Part shown: piece by piece, positions 16,269-25,126 of the stretch
Position numbering within the stretch: position 1 is the stretch's first letter
Layout: every line of letters starts with the position of its first letter
DNA from: an uncultured bacterium
GTDB taxonomy: Bacteria; Poribacteria; WGA-4E; PCPOR2b
Assembly (NCBI GenBank): GCA_964577695.1
Contig: CAZOAL010000014.1
Coordinates: 49,250 to 113,249, forward strand
Length of the DNA stretch: 64,000 nt
Direction of reading: 5' to 3'
The notes under the pieces: model-generated
Seen by the model: the letters and a program-made list of their open reading frames with translations, nothing else
The model's database searches: none
Told to the model about the DNA's origin: nothing
Made by a program: the position numbers and the translations under genes

Positions 16269-16644
16269 TAAACTCTTTTGGATAATGGCTCAGATCCAAC
16301 TTTTCTTCTTCCATATTGAGCCTAATTCCCCACTCTTGCATCGTCAGGGCACCCATTAAAACTTCAATTCTTTTTCCGTCCTCGTCTGCTCCGATTTCTT
16401 CAAGGACTCTGGCGTGAGCTAAGATGGGAAATCCATCGATCGTACATTCGAGCCTACAATCATTGAGAATATGATGTGACTGACCCCCTAAGCTGACGAA
16501 TTGAGGCGCTTTTAGCGTAAACATGGGTAAGTCAATGGCTATATCCTTGACAATGTAAGTATTTCTTGCCCCGCTATCAAATAAAGTCCAACCCTGGCGA
16601 CCCGCTATGTCTATATCTCTTCTGATTCTTCCCATAATAACCAC
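16258..16644 (-). CDS. Retropepsin-like (clan AA) aspartic protease, divergent copy
   Basis: Has TLFDSGARNTYI (D-S/T-G-A catalytic motif) in a roughly 125-aa single-lobe protein. Confidence 0.6.
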   Translation of the reverse strand: MVIMGRIRRDIDIAGRQGWTLFDSGARNTYIVKDIAIDLPMFTLKAPQFVSLGGQSHHILNDCRLECTIDGFPILAHARVLEEIGADEDGKRIEVLMGALTMQEWGIRLNMEEEKLDLSHYPKEFIEF

Positions 16645-16934
16645 CTATAGTCAGGAGTCGATAGCCCCCCTCTTAAGTGTTGCTAAATTCTAAAAACCAC
16701 AAAGACACGAAGCGTCTCAAGCTGACGGTGCAAATGTAACATCAGTATATCATAGATTCAGTTCCTCGTCAATTGAAAAAATATCGGTTCCTGTTTGATG
16801 TTGACAGCATACCACCGGCGTGTTATCTTATCCTGTGCGAAGGGATTCGTGAGGATTGCCTGAAGATGCGGAACATAAATGGATAAGGACAAAGGCGAAA
16901 AGCCTATTGCCAATGTGCATGAAAGGAGAAATCG

Positions 16935-17789
16935 ATGGTTCAAGTGGTTCCGTTGAGATACGACACGGCGTTTAAGAAAGCCTTCAGCCAACCGACAATC
17001 TTTTGTCAGTTCGTCCACGATGTGTTGGGGGTAGACATCCAGATTGAGAAAGTCCATCAGGGATATCGATACCTCAAACCGGTGGGACAGGTGGATATTG
17101 AGTACGATCTGTTTGCCGAGGATGAGGCGACCCGAATGGTTGTGGAGATCCAGCATGTGAAGGAGCGAGACTTCTTTGATCGCCCCGATGGATCGGGATC
17201 TCGCTTCGCTAGAGACTTTCTCTACTATCACCTCGTCAGTTTGGTCGAGCAGGTGAAAAGCAGTCGGAATTATCAAATCGATAAGACCGTCTATACAGTC
17301 GTGGTGCTGACCAGCCCGTCTCTTGACACGGGAATCGATTGCAGTGTGCTAATGGGGGATATCAGTTTTGTCAATGAGTTCAGACGGAAAGTGGAGATAT
17401 ATCCGCATCAATTGGTGTTCTTGGTGCCGCGCCTGGTCAATGAGGAAACTCCCGAAGGCATCAAGGCGTGGCTGGAGTTGATTGCGGACTCGTTGGACGA
17501 TGAGATTGATGAATCACGATATGTTTCCCCGATCTTCCAACAGGTGATTGAAGCCATCGAGATGGACAACCTTTCCCCAGAGGAACGTCGTAAACTGAAG
17601 GACGAAGCCGTTTGGGAGGATGCATTGAAAGCGGATTATGAGAAAGGGCGCGAAGATGGACTCCGGGAAGGAAAAGAGCAGATCGCCCGTTCCCTCCTGA
17701 GAGAAGGAGTGGACATTGACGTGATTACAAGGACAACCGGACTCGATCGGAAAACGGTCGAGAAACTCGAAACCCAACGAATAACATAA
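16935..17789 (+). CDS. PD-(D/E)XK nuclease-family transposase-like protein (Rpn family / TIGR01784-like)
   Basis: N-terminal YDTAFKKAFSQP...FVHDVLG, then VDIEYDLFAEDEATRMVVEIQHVKERDFFDR, which matches the family pattern (D...E.Q). Confidence 0.65.
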   Translation: MVQVVPLRYDTAFKKAFSQPTIFCQFVHDVLGVDIQIEKVHQGYRYLKPVGQVDIEYDLFAEDEATRMVVEIQHVKERDFFDRPDGSGSRFARDFLYYHLVSLVEQVKSSRNYQIDKTVYTVVVLTSPSLDTGIDCSVLMGDISFVNEFRRKVEIYPHQLVFLVPRLVNEETPEGIKAWLELIADSLDDEIDESRYVSPIFQQVIEAIEMDNLSPEERRKLKDEAVWEDALKADYEKGREDGLREGKEQIARSLLREGVDIDVITRTTGLDRKTVEKLETQRIT

Positions 17790-17875
17790 CGAAGGTTGCC
17801 GATCGGGGGAAATCCATGGTTCAAGGAGGAAGCGGTCTGCCACCGTCTTTCTCCTTTCTGCTGGCGCATCACGTC

Positions 17876-18658
17876 CTACACCTCAATCGCCCCACCAAAC
17901 TCCCGATCAATCGTAATCATCCCTTTGGCGGCGAAATTTCGGACAACGCCGGTGATCGCTTGTCGTGCGGTCTCAGCAATCTGCAACTGTTTCGGCGTGA
18001 GTTGACTCATCTCGGTTTCCACATCGTGGGCGGATTCCTCCGATAGGTTGCGAAGGAATTTTTCCCGGATAATCGGCGGGGCATTGTAAAGGGCAAGCGC
18101 GATTGTACTTGCATCCAGTACCTGCAAGATGGTTTGTATCGCGGAATCATCCAAAATTGCGAGGTCTTGGAAGGTAAAGAGTTGCTCATTGATGCTATTG
18201 ACGAGCTCCGGCTGCTTCGCCTCCAAAGATTCCAACAAACGGTTCTGGTCGCCTGTTTTCATGCGCAACAGCAGTTTGACCAGGTTTGATGCCCCATCGC
18301 CAAAAACGGTTGTCTGCTCGGCGGCAGTTTGAATCCCGTTCACCAGGCGCGTATAGATATCTTTGACTTTCTCTGACTCAACGATTTCTATGGTCGCAAT
18401 GTGTTCAGCGACGGCAATCTGTTTAGCGGTCGGAAGTTTAGCGAGAATTTGCGAGGCGTGTTTGGCAAGTTTGTGGGAAGCGTTTTCGAGCATCAGCAAA
18501 AAAATAGCGATGTCCGCATCCGCCTCATCTTTGATGGCACGGAGGACAACTCGCGCATCGGTTTGTTCGAGGAGCGCTGTCAACTCCTGTACAGACGTCC
18601 CTTCTAAAATCACTTCAGACAATTCGGACCCCCCTTTCTCCAGAGACAATTTCCCCAA
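17876..18658 (-). CDS. FliG-like protein (middle and C-terminal domains only)
   Basis: LFTFQDLAILDDSAIQTILQVLDASTIALALYNAPPIIREKFLRNLSEESAHDV resembles the FliG C-terminal domain (compare E. coli ...DDRSIQRLLQEVD...REKFLRNMSQRAA). 260 aa, so the FliF-binding N-domain is absent. Confidence 0.55.
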   Translation of the reverse strand: MGKLSLEKGGSELSEVILEGTSVQELTALLEQTDARVVLRAIKDEADADIAIFLLMLENASHKLAKHASQILAKLPTAKQIAVAEHIATIEIVESEKVKDIYTRLVNGIQTAAEQTTVFGDGASNLVKLLLRMKTGDQNRLLESLEAKQPELVNSINEQLFTFQDLAILDDSAIQTILQVLDASTIALALYNAPPIIREKFLRNLSEESAHDVETEMSQLTPKQLQIAETARQAITGVVRNFAAKGMITIDREFGGAIEV

Positions 18659-19646
18659 TCAGGAGCGGCGTTTCACCCGCCCCCTTGAGGACATCAACTG
18701 CCGTGTCGAGCCTGTCCGGCGAGATAACCAATACCAATCCGATTCCCATATTGAAGACGCGGTACATCTCCCCTTCCGCTACGTTCCCTTTTTTCTGCAA
18801 GAAAGGAAAGATGGGAGGCATCTCCCATGCCCCTTTTCGGATGACCGCGCAGCAATTTAGCGGCAAAATGCGAACCACGTTATCCGGCAATCCGCCGCCG
18901 GTAATATGCGCGATGCCTTTGAGTTCGCAGCTTTTCCGCAGATTCAGAACCGTCCTTACATAACTCTTATGCGTTTTGAGCAGTTCTTCACCAATCGTCA
19001 GGCCAAGTTCAGGAATGTATTCATCCACCGGATAACGACAGGTATCAAACACAATTCGACGGGCTAATGAAAAACCGTTTGTGTGCAATCCGAATGACCC
19101 TAACCCGATTAACCCATCCCCGGGCTGAATCCCGTTTCCCGTAATCAACTGGGAACGCTCTACCACACCGACAATCGTGCCGACCAGGTCATATTCACCG
19201 TCCGCATAGAATCCCGGCAACTCCGCTGTTTCCCCGCCGATCAACGCGCACCCAATTTCTCGGCACCCTGCCGCCAATCCGTTCATAATCTGCTCTGCAA
19301 CTTCAGGTTGCAGTTTACTCGTACCGATATAGTCCAGAAAAAAGAGCGGTTCCGCCCCTTGCACGAGGATGTCATTGCCGCAGTGCGCCACAATATCAAA
19401 CCCGATTGAATCGTGCCGCCCCGTCATAAAAGCAATTTTGAGCTTGGTGCCAACGCTATCCGTACTTGACACGAGAACCGGTTGTTCGTATTCGCCAAGT
19501 GCAAACAGCCCACCGAAACTGCCGACATCGCTCAAGACCTCGGGGCGATACGTCGATCGGATGAGGGGTTTCAGGCGTTTCATCGTTTCCGCTTTTGCCT
19601 CAAAGGAAACACCCGCATTGGCATAAGTCAATCCCTGTTCCGCCAT
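18615..19646 (-). CDS. purM: Phosphoribosylformylglycinamidine cyclo-ligase (AIR synthetase)
   Basis: Full-length PurM-like sequence: GVSFEAKAETMKR..., SSTDSVGTKLKIA, DYIGTSKL, IAHITGGGL. Confidence 0.9.
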   Translation of the reverse strand: MAEQGLTYANAGVSFEAKAETMKRLKPLIRSTYRPEVLSDVGSFGGLFALGEYEQPVLVSSTDSVGTKLKIAFMTGRHDSIGFDIVAHCGNDILVQGAEPLFFLDYIGTSKLQPEVAEQIMNGLAAGCREIGCALIGGETAELPGFYADGEYDLVGTIVGVVERSQLITGNGIQPGDGLIGLGSFGLHTNGFSLARRIVFDTCRYPVDEYIPELGLTIGEELLKTHKSYVRTVLNLRKSCELKGIAHITGGGLPDNVVRILPLNCCAVIRKGAWEMPPIFPFLQKKGNVAEGEMYRVFNMGIGLVLVISPDRLDTAVDVLKGAGETPLLIGEIVSGERGVRIV

Positions 19647-19990
19647 ATGGATTCCTTTCGATTTTTCATGCGTTCATTGAAGGTGGATAGACGGCGGTTT
19701 TCAATCGCGGACATGATGGATTGCATTTTTAGCATCAAAACAACCGCTAACACCGCACAGATTCCAATTACAATCATCAGTGCTAAATCTGTCGCATCTT
19801 GTGGGGCGGTTGTGGGGTTGATGCTTTGAATGATGAAAGTCACAGGTTTCAGCAGGATGGCTCCAATCAGGCCGCAAATCAGAACTGCGTAAACCGTGTA
19901 CTTGCCCTCCGGGGTGTGTACATCTTTCGTGACATTTTGGAAAGGTAGCAAAATTCCCATTCGGTTTCCTCTTCTCGATCTGTTTAGCAT
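19628..19990 (-). CDS. Small two-TM membrane protein, hypothetical
   Basis: Two hydrophobic helices (VYAVLICGLIGAILL; ALMIVIGICAVLAVVLML). Overlaps the purM start by 19 nt. Confidence 0.4.
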   Translation of the reverse strand: MLNRSRRGNRMGILLPFQNVTKDVHTPEGKYTVYAVLICGLIGAILLKPVTFIIQSINPTTAPQDATDLALMIVIGICAVLAVVLMLKMQSIMSAIENRRLSTFNERMKNRKESIWRNRD

Positions 19991-20074
19991 GGAATCCCTC
20001 CTATATTTATCAGGTGTTAGGCAATTACATAGAAATTGTAATCAAACAAATGAGCCAATAGACTGCTCCCACCA

Positions 20075-20620
20075 TTACTTCATCGCTTTCAGAGATTTCA
20101 GGAACTTCTCTGCCTGATCAGGGCTGTGGAACTCAAGCAACGACACATTTGAGAATACGCCCGCGTCGAACAAAGCTCGGAATTCCCGTCGGCGGCGAGA
20201 GTATGTCGTGATTACCCACCAAAGAAGTGACTCTCGACTCAGAAACGTTAGGCGAAAGGATTCCCGGTTCCCAGCGAAGAGCACCTCCCGCCGGATGAGC
20301 CGCTTGAGGGTTCGACTCAGGACCCGCCAGAAGACGATGAGGAACGGATAATTGAGCCAAACGATTGTCGTCGCGCGTGGCCAGACAATATCTCGGACTA
20401 CATGATAATTTCCATCGACGACCCATAGCTCTTGCAAGGTTGCTTTCTCGGTTAGTTCCCGAAACGCATCACGATGTCTCGGTGTCCAATTTGGCCCCCA
20501 GTGAATTGCATCAAGTTCAACATGCGGGGATGCCAAGATACTGGCAAGCGTTCGTGCAAATGTCGTCTTACCTGCACCGCTGGTGCCGATGACCACCACA
20601 CGCCCTAAATCATGGTTCAC
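20075..20620 (-). CDS. P-loop NTPase / adenylate-kinase-like (topology-modulation FlaR-like) protein
   Basis: Walker A VIGTSGAGKTTFARTLA. About 180 aa. Confidence 0.65.
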   Translation of the reverse strand: MNHDLGRVVVIGTSGAGKTTFARTLASILASPHVELDAIHWGPNWTPRHRDAFRELTEKATLQELWVVDGNYHVVRDIVWPRATTIVWLNYPFLIVFWRVLSRTLKRLIRREVLFAGNRESFRLTFLSRESLLWWVITTYSRRRREFRALFDAGVFSNVSLLEFHSPDQAEKFLKSLKAMK

Positions 20621-20641
20621 GATGCTCCCTCATAACATACC

Positions 20642-20827
20642 TCAAACCGCCTGAATGCAAGCACGAATGTCCTCTAATTGCAGGTCTGGATAGTAATCCT
20701 GAATGATTTCTTGAAAGGACAGCCCCCCGCTCACTAACTCAAGGATACTCTGCACCGGAATTCGGGTGCCAACAACGCAAGGTTTGCCAAAATGAATGTT
20801 GGGGTTGACTGCAATTCTTTCCCTCAT
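20642..20827 (-). CDS. DUF433-family small protein (antitoxin-like)
   Basis: VNPNIHFGKPCVVGTRIPVQSILELVSGGLSFQEIIQDYYPDLQLEDI fits the DUF433 pattern. Confidence 0.7.
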   Translation of the reverse strand: MRERIAVNPNIHFGKPCVVGTRIPVQSILELVSGGLSFQEIIQDYYPDLQLEDIRACIQAV

Positions 20828-20845
20828 TTTTCCACCTCATGCTTG

Positions 20846-21085
20846 TTAATCCCTAAACTTTTGACTGAAATTGGTAATCGTAATCCCGACCACTTTTTTG
20901 CCGCGCAGCCTCACAAACACACCATCTTCAAGTATATCTGTATCTGTTGCATTTTGAGGTCGCTCCAAACTGATATACAACACATCGGCTTCCTCATCAA
21001 AATCAAACCATAACTGCTTGGCACCAATTTTTTTAATATAAGGCAAGGCTTTAAAGATCTCCTGGACTATGGGTGCTTCTGCCAT
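20846..21085 (-). CDS. DUF2283-family small protein
   Basis: DEEADVLYISLERP...GVFVRLRGKKVVGITITNF fits the DUF2283 pattern. Confidence 0.65.
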   Translation of the reverse strand: MAEAPIVQEIFKALPYIKKIGAKQLWFDFDEEADVLYISLERPQNATDTDILEDGVFVRLRGKKVVGITITNFSQKFRD

Positions 21086-21195
21086 ACAATTCTCCTTTCG
21101 AGCAACCTTTTAATTCGGGTTGTGAAAAAAGCCGTTAGCCCTGTTGGATAGTTTTCGGGAGCACTTGATAAAATCACCCGTCAAATCGGTGCTTC

Positions 21196-21453
21196 TCAAT
21201 TATCCTCCTGATGCTCCGAATACCTGGCGAACAACACCTTGAGCACCTCTTCCCCATCTATCTCTCCATTGCTGATAAATCTTTCGACCTCTACCGACCC
21301 ATCATCCAAGAATTCAATCTCCCACCGTTCCCCAGGCACAGCAACACTGACCATCATCGCTTCATCACGCGGGCGAGCCAGACTATAGCTGATGCCCCTT
21401 TGCTCCAGGTAATCTAAAAACCGCATCAATTTATTAAACACGTTATCGCTCAT
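21196..21453 (-). CDS. Hypothetical small acidic protein
   Basis: 85-aa ORF with an ATG start. I recognised no family. Confidence 0.35.
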   Translation of the reverse strand: MSDNVFNKLMRFLDYLEQRGISYSLARPRDEAMMVSVAVPGERWEIEFLDDGSVEVERFISNGEIDGEEVLKVLFARYSEHQEDN

Positions 21454-21530
21454 CGATCAAACCTCTTATACCATTTTTAGTTTGAAATGCGACGATTTGT
21501 CGGGAACCCAATCCCCCTCACTCACATCTA

Positions 21531-21574
21531 ATGCTAAATGCTAAATTTAGCATTTAGCATTTAGCATTTAGCAT
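21531..21574. repeat. (ATGCTAA)x2 abutting (TTAGCAT)x4; includes a perfect 30-nt palindrome
   Basis: 21531-21560 atgctaaatgctaaatttagcatttagcat is its own reverse complement. Two more TTAGCAT units follow. Confidence 0.95.
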
Positions 21575-21890
21575 TGTCATAGAATAGTCGCATCTGGAAG
21601 TCCAAATGGTATTATCTGTTAATAACTTCCGAACGACCTTAAAGCCGGGTTTGTTTGCTCTGGCCCCGGCTTCAATCTGCTCCCATGTCATCTGACTAAA
21701 CTCAGCCCAACTCTGTGAGCCTTTTGGAAGTTGAGCCTGTTTAACGCTTCCTTGCTTTTGCTTGAGTATATCAGCAACTTTTTGCCCCGAGAACTTATGT
21801 ACAATTTTCTTTGCCTCCCTTTTAATTCTTGAGGTGGGTGTGTGCCGCGCTCCTTCACCCTTCTACTGTAACCTGAACGTGCTTTGACGC

Positions 21891-22118
21891 TCAGACTGCC
21901 AATCGTTCTTCTAGGTGCTTGTGTAAAATCACTAACTCATCTCGGTTGAGGTTATCCAGCGCCAATAAAAAGGCTGACAATGGAATTTGTAGCCGTACCA
22001 CCGGTTCAGCCTTCAGTAAATTTTGTCGCAACACCGTAGCGATTTGTTGAGCGTCGTCCCATACCTCTGTTGCACTCATGACTTTGGCCTCAGGCTCATG
22101 TGCTGATTTGCGTTTCAT
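21891..22118 (-). CDS. Hypothetical small protein
   Basis: 75-aa ORF. I recognised no family. Confidence 0.3.
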   Translation of the reverse strand: MKRKSAHEPEAKVMSATEVWDDAQQIATVLRQNLLKAEPVVRLQIPLSAFLLALDNLNRDELVILHKHLEERLAV

Positions 22119-22165
22119 TGTTACCTCCGGGCTTGTTTTGACATTGATAGCAGCGGCAATAATCC

Positions 22166-22435
22166 CTAAATAAGTGCTTGCTTGGGTCGCCGAGCAGGAA
22201 CACCGTATAGCATCCCTTCAGCGCTAATGTCTTCGTCTATGTCTGGCCAGTGTACACCTTGGCCGTCCCCAATCATCTCAAAGTGATTCCGCTGTTCTAG
22301 GGTGGCATCGGATAACCGCCACGACCAGGCAAGTGGTACGCTGATGGTGCGGCCATCAGTCAGATCGGCTGTAATTGTTTCCTCAGTCACCTGGACGTTC
22401 TTGATGCGGGGTTCAATGTTAATCACAGTGCTCAT
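22166..22435 (-). CDS. DUF2442-family protein
   Basis: MSTVINIEPRIKNVQVTEETITADLTDGRTISVPLAWSWRLSDAT...GQGVHWPDIDEDIS fits DUF2442. The start is trimmed to Met22 of the listed ORF. Confidence 0.7.
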   Translation of the reverse strand: MSTVINIEPRIKNVQVTEETITADLTDGRTISVPLAWSWRLSDATLEQRNHFEMIGDGQGVHWPDIDEDISAEGMLYGVPARRPKQALI

Positions 22436-22655
22436 GCCATGCCTCCATAATCTTGCGTAGGTTAGACTGAATAATTTGGCGAATACGATTAAGTTCACGC
22501 GGTGAAAAGCCCTGATTTTTACTCAAGGCGATAGGATTAAGCCAGAACTTGCATCCCCTGTTTTCCTGTTTGACATGTACATGTTCGGGTTCGTTGCAAT
22601 CAAAGCTATAAAAGAAGAAACGGTATGGACCGGGAATGTTCTGAATGGTCGGCAT
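22419..22655 (-). CDS. DUF4160-family protein
   Basis: YRFFFYSFDCNEPEHVHVKQENRGCKFWL fits DUF4160. Its start codon directly abuts the purF stop codon. Confidence 0.7.
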   Translation of the reverse strand: MPTIQNIPGPYRFFFYSFDCNEPEHVHVKQENRGCKFWLNPIALSKNQGFSPRELNRIRQIIQSNLRKIMEAWHEHCD

Positions 22656-24122
22656 CTATCCCTCCTCATCTTCGGCGAACTCAGCCTCAATGAAAGACCT
22701 CGCATCGAAATCAATCGGGAGCTGTTTGGTGGGTTGCCCGCTAAATTCGACAGGATAGTTGCCATTGAAGCAAGCCGTGCAAAAATTTTGGCGTGACTTC
22801 ACGCACTTGAGCATCCCTTCGATGCTGAGGTATCCCAAACTATCGGCACGGATATATTTACAGATCTCGTCAATGGTGTGGGAGCTGGCAATCAGTTCTT
22901 TGCGGGTCGGCGTATCCACGCCGTAAAAGCAGGGCCATTTATTCGGTGGGGAGGACACACGGAAATGGACCTCTTTTGCGCCCCCGAGGCGGATGAGCTT
23001 CACCAATTGGCGGCAATTCGTTCCCCTCATAATCGAATCATCAACCACGACGATACGCTTGCCTTCAAGCACATCTCGGATGGGATTCAGTTTCACCTTG
23101 ACCATGAGGTCGCGCATCTCCTGGGAGGGATTCATGAAAGTGCGCCCAACATACGGATTTCGATGGAGCCCGATGTCAAATGGAATACCAGATTCCTCCG
23201 AATACCCCAATGCCGCGATGGTTGCCGAATCCGGGACGGGAATCACGATGTCCGCATCAGTAGGGCATTCGCGCGCCAGTTGTCTCCCAAACTCCCGTCG
23301 CGGGCGATTGACCAGCTCACCGAAAACAACGCTGTCTGGTCGCGAAAGATAGATGTACTCGAAAATACATTGCGACAAATGCGGCAGCATCTGCCCAAAC
23401 ATAAACGATCGCGGCTCTTGATCGGTTGAGGTAATTGTAACTATCTCGCCGGGGATAATCTCGCGGATCGGTTCAGCTTGGATGACATCGAACGCACAGG
23501 TTTCAGAAGCGAGAACATACGCATCGCCTGCGCGTCCCAACCAGAGCGGACGAAAACCGTACACATCCCGAGCGCCGATCAGGATAGACTTTCCCATGAA
23601 GATGAGGGAGTAGGCACCCCGAACCTCTTGCAGGGCATCCAGAATCCGATCTTCCAGGTAAGTCTGCGGAGACCTTGCAATCAGATGGGCAATCACTTCT
23701 GTATCAGAAGTGCACCTGAAAATCGCGCCACTATCTTCTAGGTCGCTACGAATACGCCGTGCGTTGACAAGATTCCCGTTATGGGCAATTGCGAGAGGGC
23801 CACGCTTATATTCCAGAATGAGGGGTTGGGCGTTCTTGAGGTAGCTTCCACCCGCTGTTGAGTAACGGTTGTGGCCGATAGCGATAGGTCCGGTTAGCTT
23901 TGCCAATATCTCCGAGTCAAAAACATTCGCGACAAGCCCCATCCCGTGATGATGAGAAAATGACCGACCATCTGAAGCGGCGATTCCCGAACTTTCTTGA
24001 CCGCGATGTTGAAGTGCACGTAATCCCAGGTAGGTCAATTCAGCCGCCTTGGGGTGTCCAAAAATTCCAAAAACACCACACTCATCTCTTGGCTTATCGT
24101 CAAACGCGTCGAAGTCTTGCAT
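22656..24122 (-). CDS. purF: Amidophosphoribosyltransferase
   Basis: N-terminal CGVFGIFGH (Ntn Cys), GLRALQHRGQESSGIA, and a PRTase loop VVVDDSIMRGTN. Confidence 0.9.
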   Translation of the reverse strand: MQDFDAFDDKPRDECGVFGIFGHPKAAELTYLGLRALQHRGQESSGIAASDGRSFSHHHGMGLVANVFDSEILAKLTGPIAIGHNRYSTAGGSYLKNAQPLILEYKRGPLAIAHNGNLVNARRIRSDLEDSGAIFRCTSDTEVIAHLIARSPQTYLEDRILDALQEVRGAYSLIFMGKSILIGARDVYGFRPLWLGRAGDAYVLASETCAFDVIQAEPIREIIPGEIVTITSTDQEPRSFMFGQMLPHLSQCIFEYIYLSRPDSVVFGELVNRPRREFGRQLARECPTDADIVIPVPDSATIAALGYSEESGIPFDIGLHRNPYVGRTFMNPSQEMRDLMVKVKLNPIRDVLEGKRIVVVDDSIMRGTNCRQLVKLIRLGGAKEVHFRVSSPPNKWPCFYGVDTPTRKELIASSHTIDEICKYIRADSLGYLSIEGMLKCVKSRQNFCTACFNGNYPVEFSGQPTKQLPIDFDARSFIEAEFAEDEEG

Positions 24123-24213
24123 GATGTGCTCACTTTCTGAATGAAGCGTGAAACGTCAGACGAAGGGTTTCACGTTTCATCCGTTAATATATTCAGGAAG
24201 TGTTGATTTAACT

Positions 24214-24816
24214 TTAACTGTGTTCCGTGAGAAGGACGTCTTTGGTTCTGGTGCGTGTCAAATTGAGCCTGTACCCAAGGATTGCCCCAATTGGCGCGGC
24301 AATGATGTACAACAACTCCGGGGGACAATGCAACCGTAAAAGTAGGCGAATCGGTAGGGACACCAGATAAGCCAGAAGTCGCGCCACAGCAAAAATGAAG
24401 GAAATCATCAAGTTAGGAGGCATTAACCCTTCCCAGTGAATATCAAGCAACGACATCAGTGCAACGATCGCTGGCGCTCCAAGGAACGCCCCTTGATAGG
24501 CGTCCTTGCGCTCTATGTCAACTCCAAACCAGCGTCCGGCGAATCTGACGCCCTCACCGACGCCGGCAATAGCACTCCCATAAGTAACCCCAAAGGAAAT
24601 GAGTAGAAATAAACCAACCCAAAAACCGTGCTGCATCTGATCGCCGATGAGGCCTCTCCAAACAAGCTTCTCCACAATGAAGAAGCAAAGCCAACCGGCA
24701 GCCAAACCGATGGAACCACCTAAAGCAATCTGACTTGCTGTTAGAGCAATTGCGTTTCTTCGACGCATACGATCCTCCTTAAAAATCTGTTTTGAGCGAA
24801 TACCAGATTCGCCCAC
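24214..24816 (-). CDS. Multi-pass membrane protein, hypothetical
   Basis: Four to five hydrophobic segments. No family assigned. Confidence 0.45.
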   Translation of the reverse strand: MGESGIRSKQIFKEDRMRRRNAIALTASQIALGGSIGLAAGWLCFFIVEKLVWRGLIGDQMQHGFWVGLFLLISFGVTYGSAIAGVGEGVRFAGRWFGVDIERKDAYQGAFLGAPAIVALMSLLDIHWEGLMPPNLMISFIFAVARLLAYLVSLPIRLLLRLHCPPELLYIIAAPIGAILGYRLNLTRTRTKDVLLTEHS

Positions 24817-24887
24817 TGTATGCGGAGATTATATCACGGCATTGTATCTCTGTCAACCTGAAGTGAAAATGACAGTTGGAACGGGAT

Positions 24888-24910
24888 GCGTAAAACGTAA
24901 AACGTGATTG
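24888..24910. repeat. Heptamer repeat, GTAAAAC variant
   Basis: gcgtaaaacgtaaaacgtgattg. Confidence 0.8.
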
Positions 24911-25126
24911 ACAGTATTGAATCGAGAATGTTATCATTGCGGCATGTACCGTTATCTTCCACGTTCACCATCAAGATTTGGAGGGGCATGAAGCCATTTC
25001 TACGAAAATCGGTCCCATATTAGGAACGAATTTTCAGGACTTGTTGAACGATTGGCGAGATTATTGTCGCCGTGAAGGAGAGCGCGCATTGGTCTGATGA
25101 CCATGTCCTCCTTGCACCGTGCGCAA

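Noticed and set aside
24147-24174. CGTGAAAC...GTTTCACG hairpin as the terminator of the 24214 membrane-protein gene
   Set aside because: There is no U-tract on the relevant (minus) strand. It is treated as a member of the inverted-heptamer class rather than as an annotated terminator.
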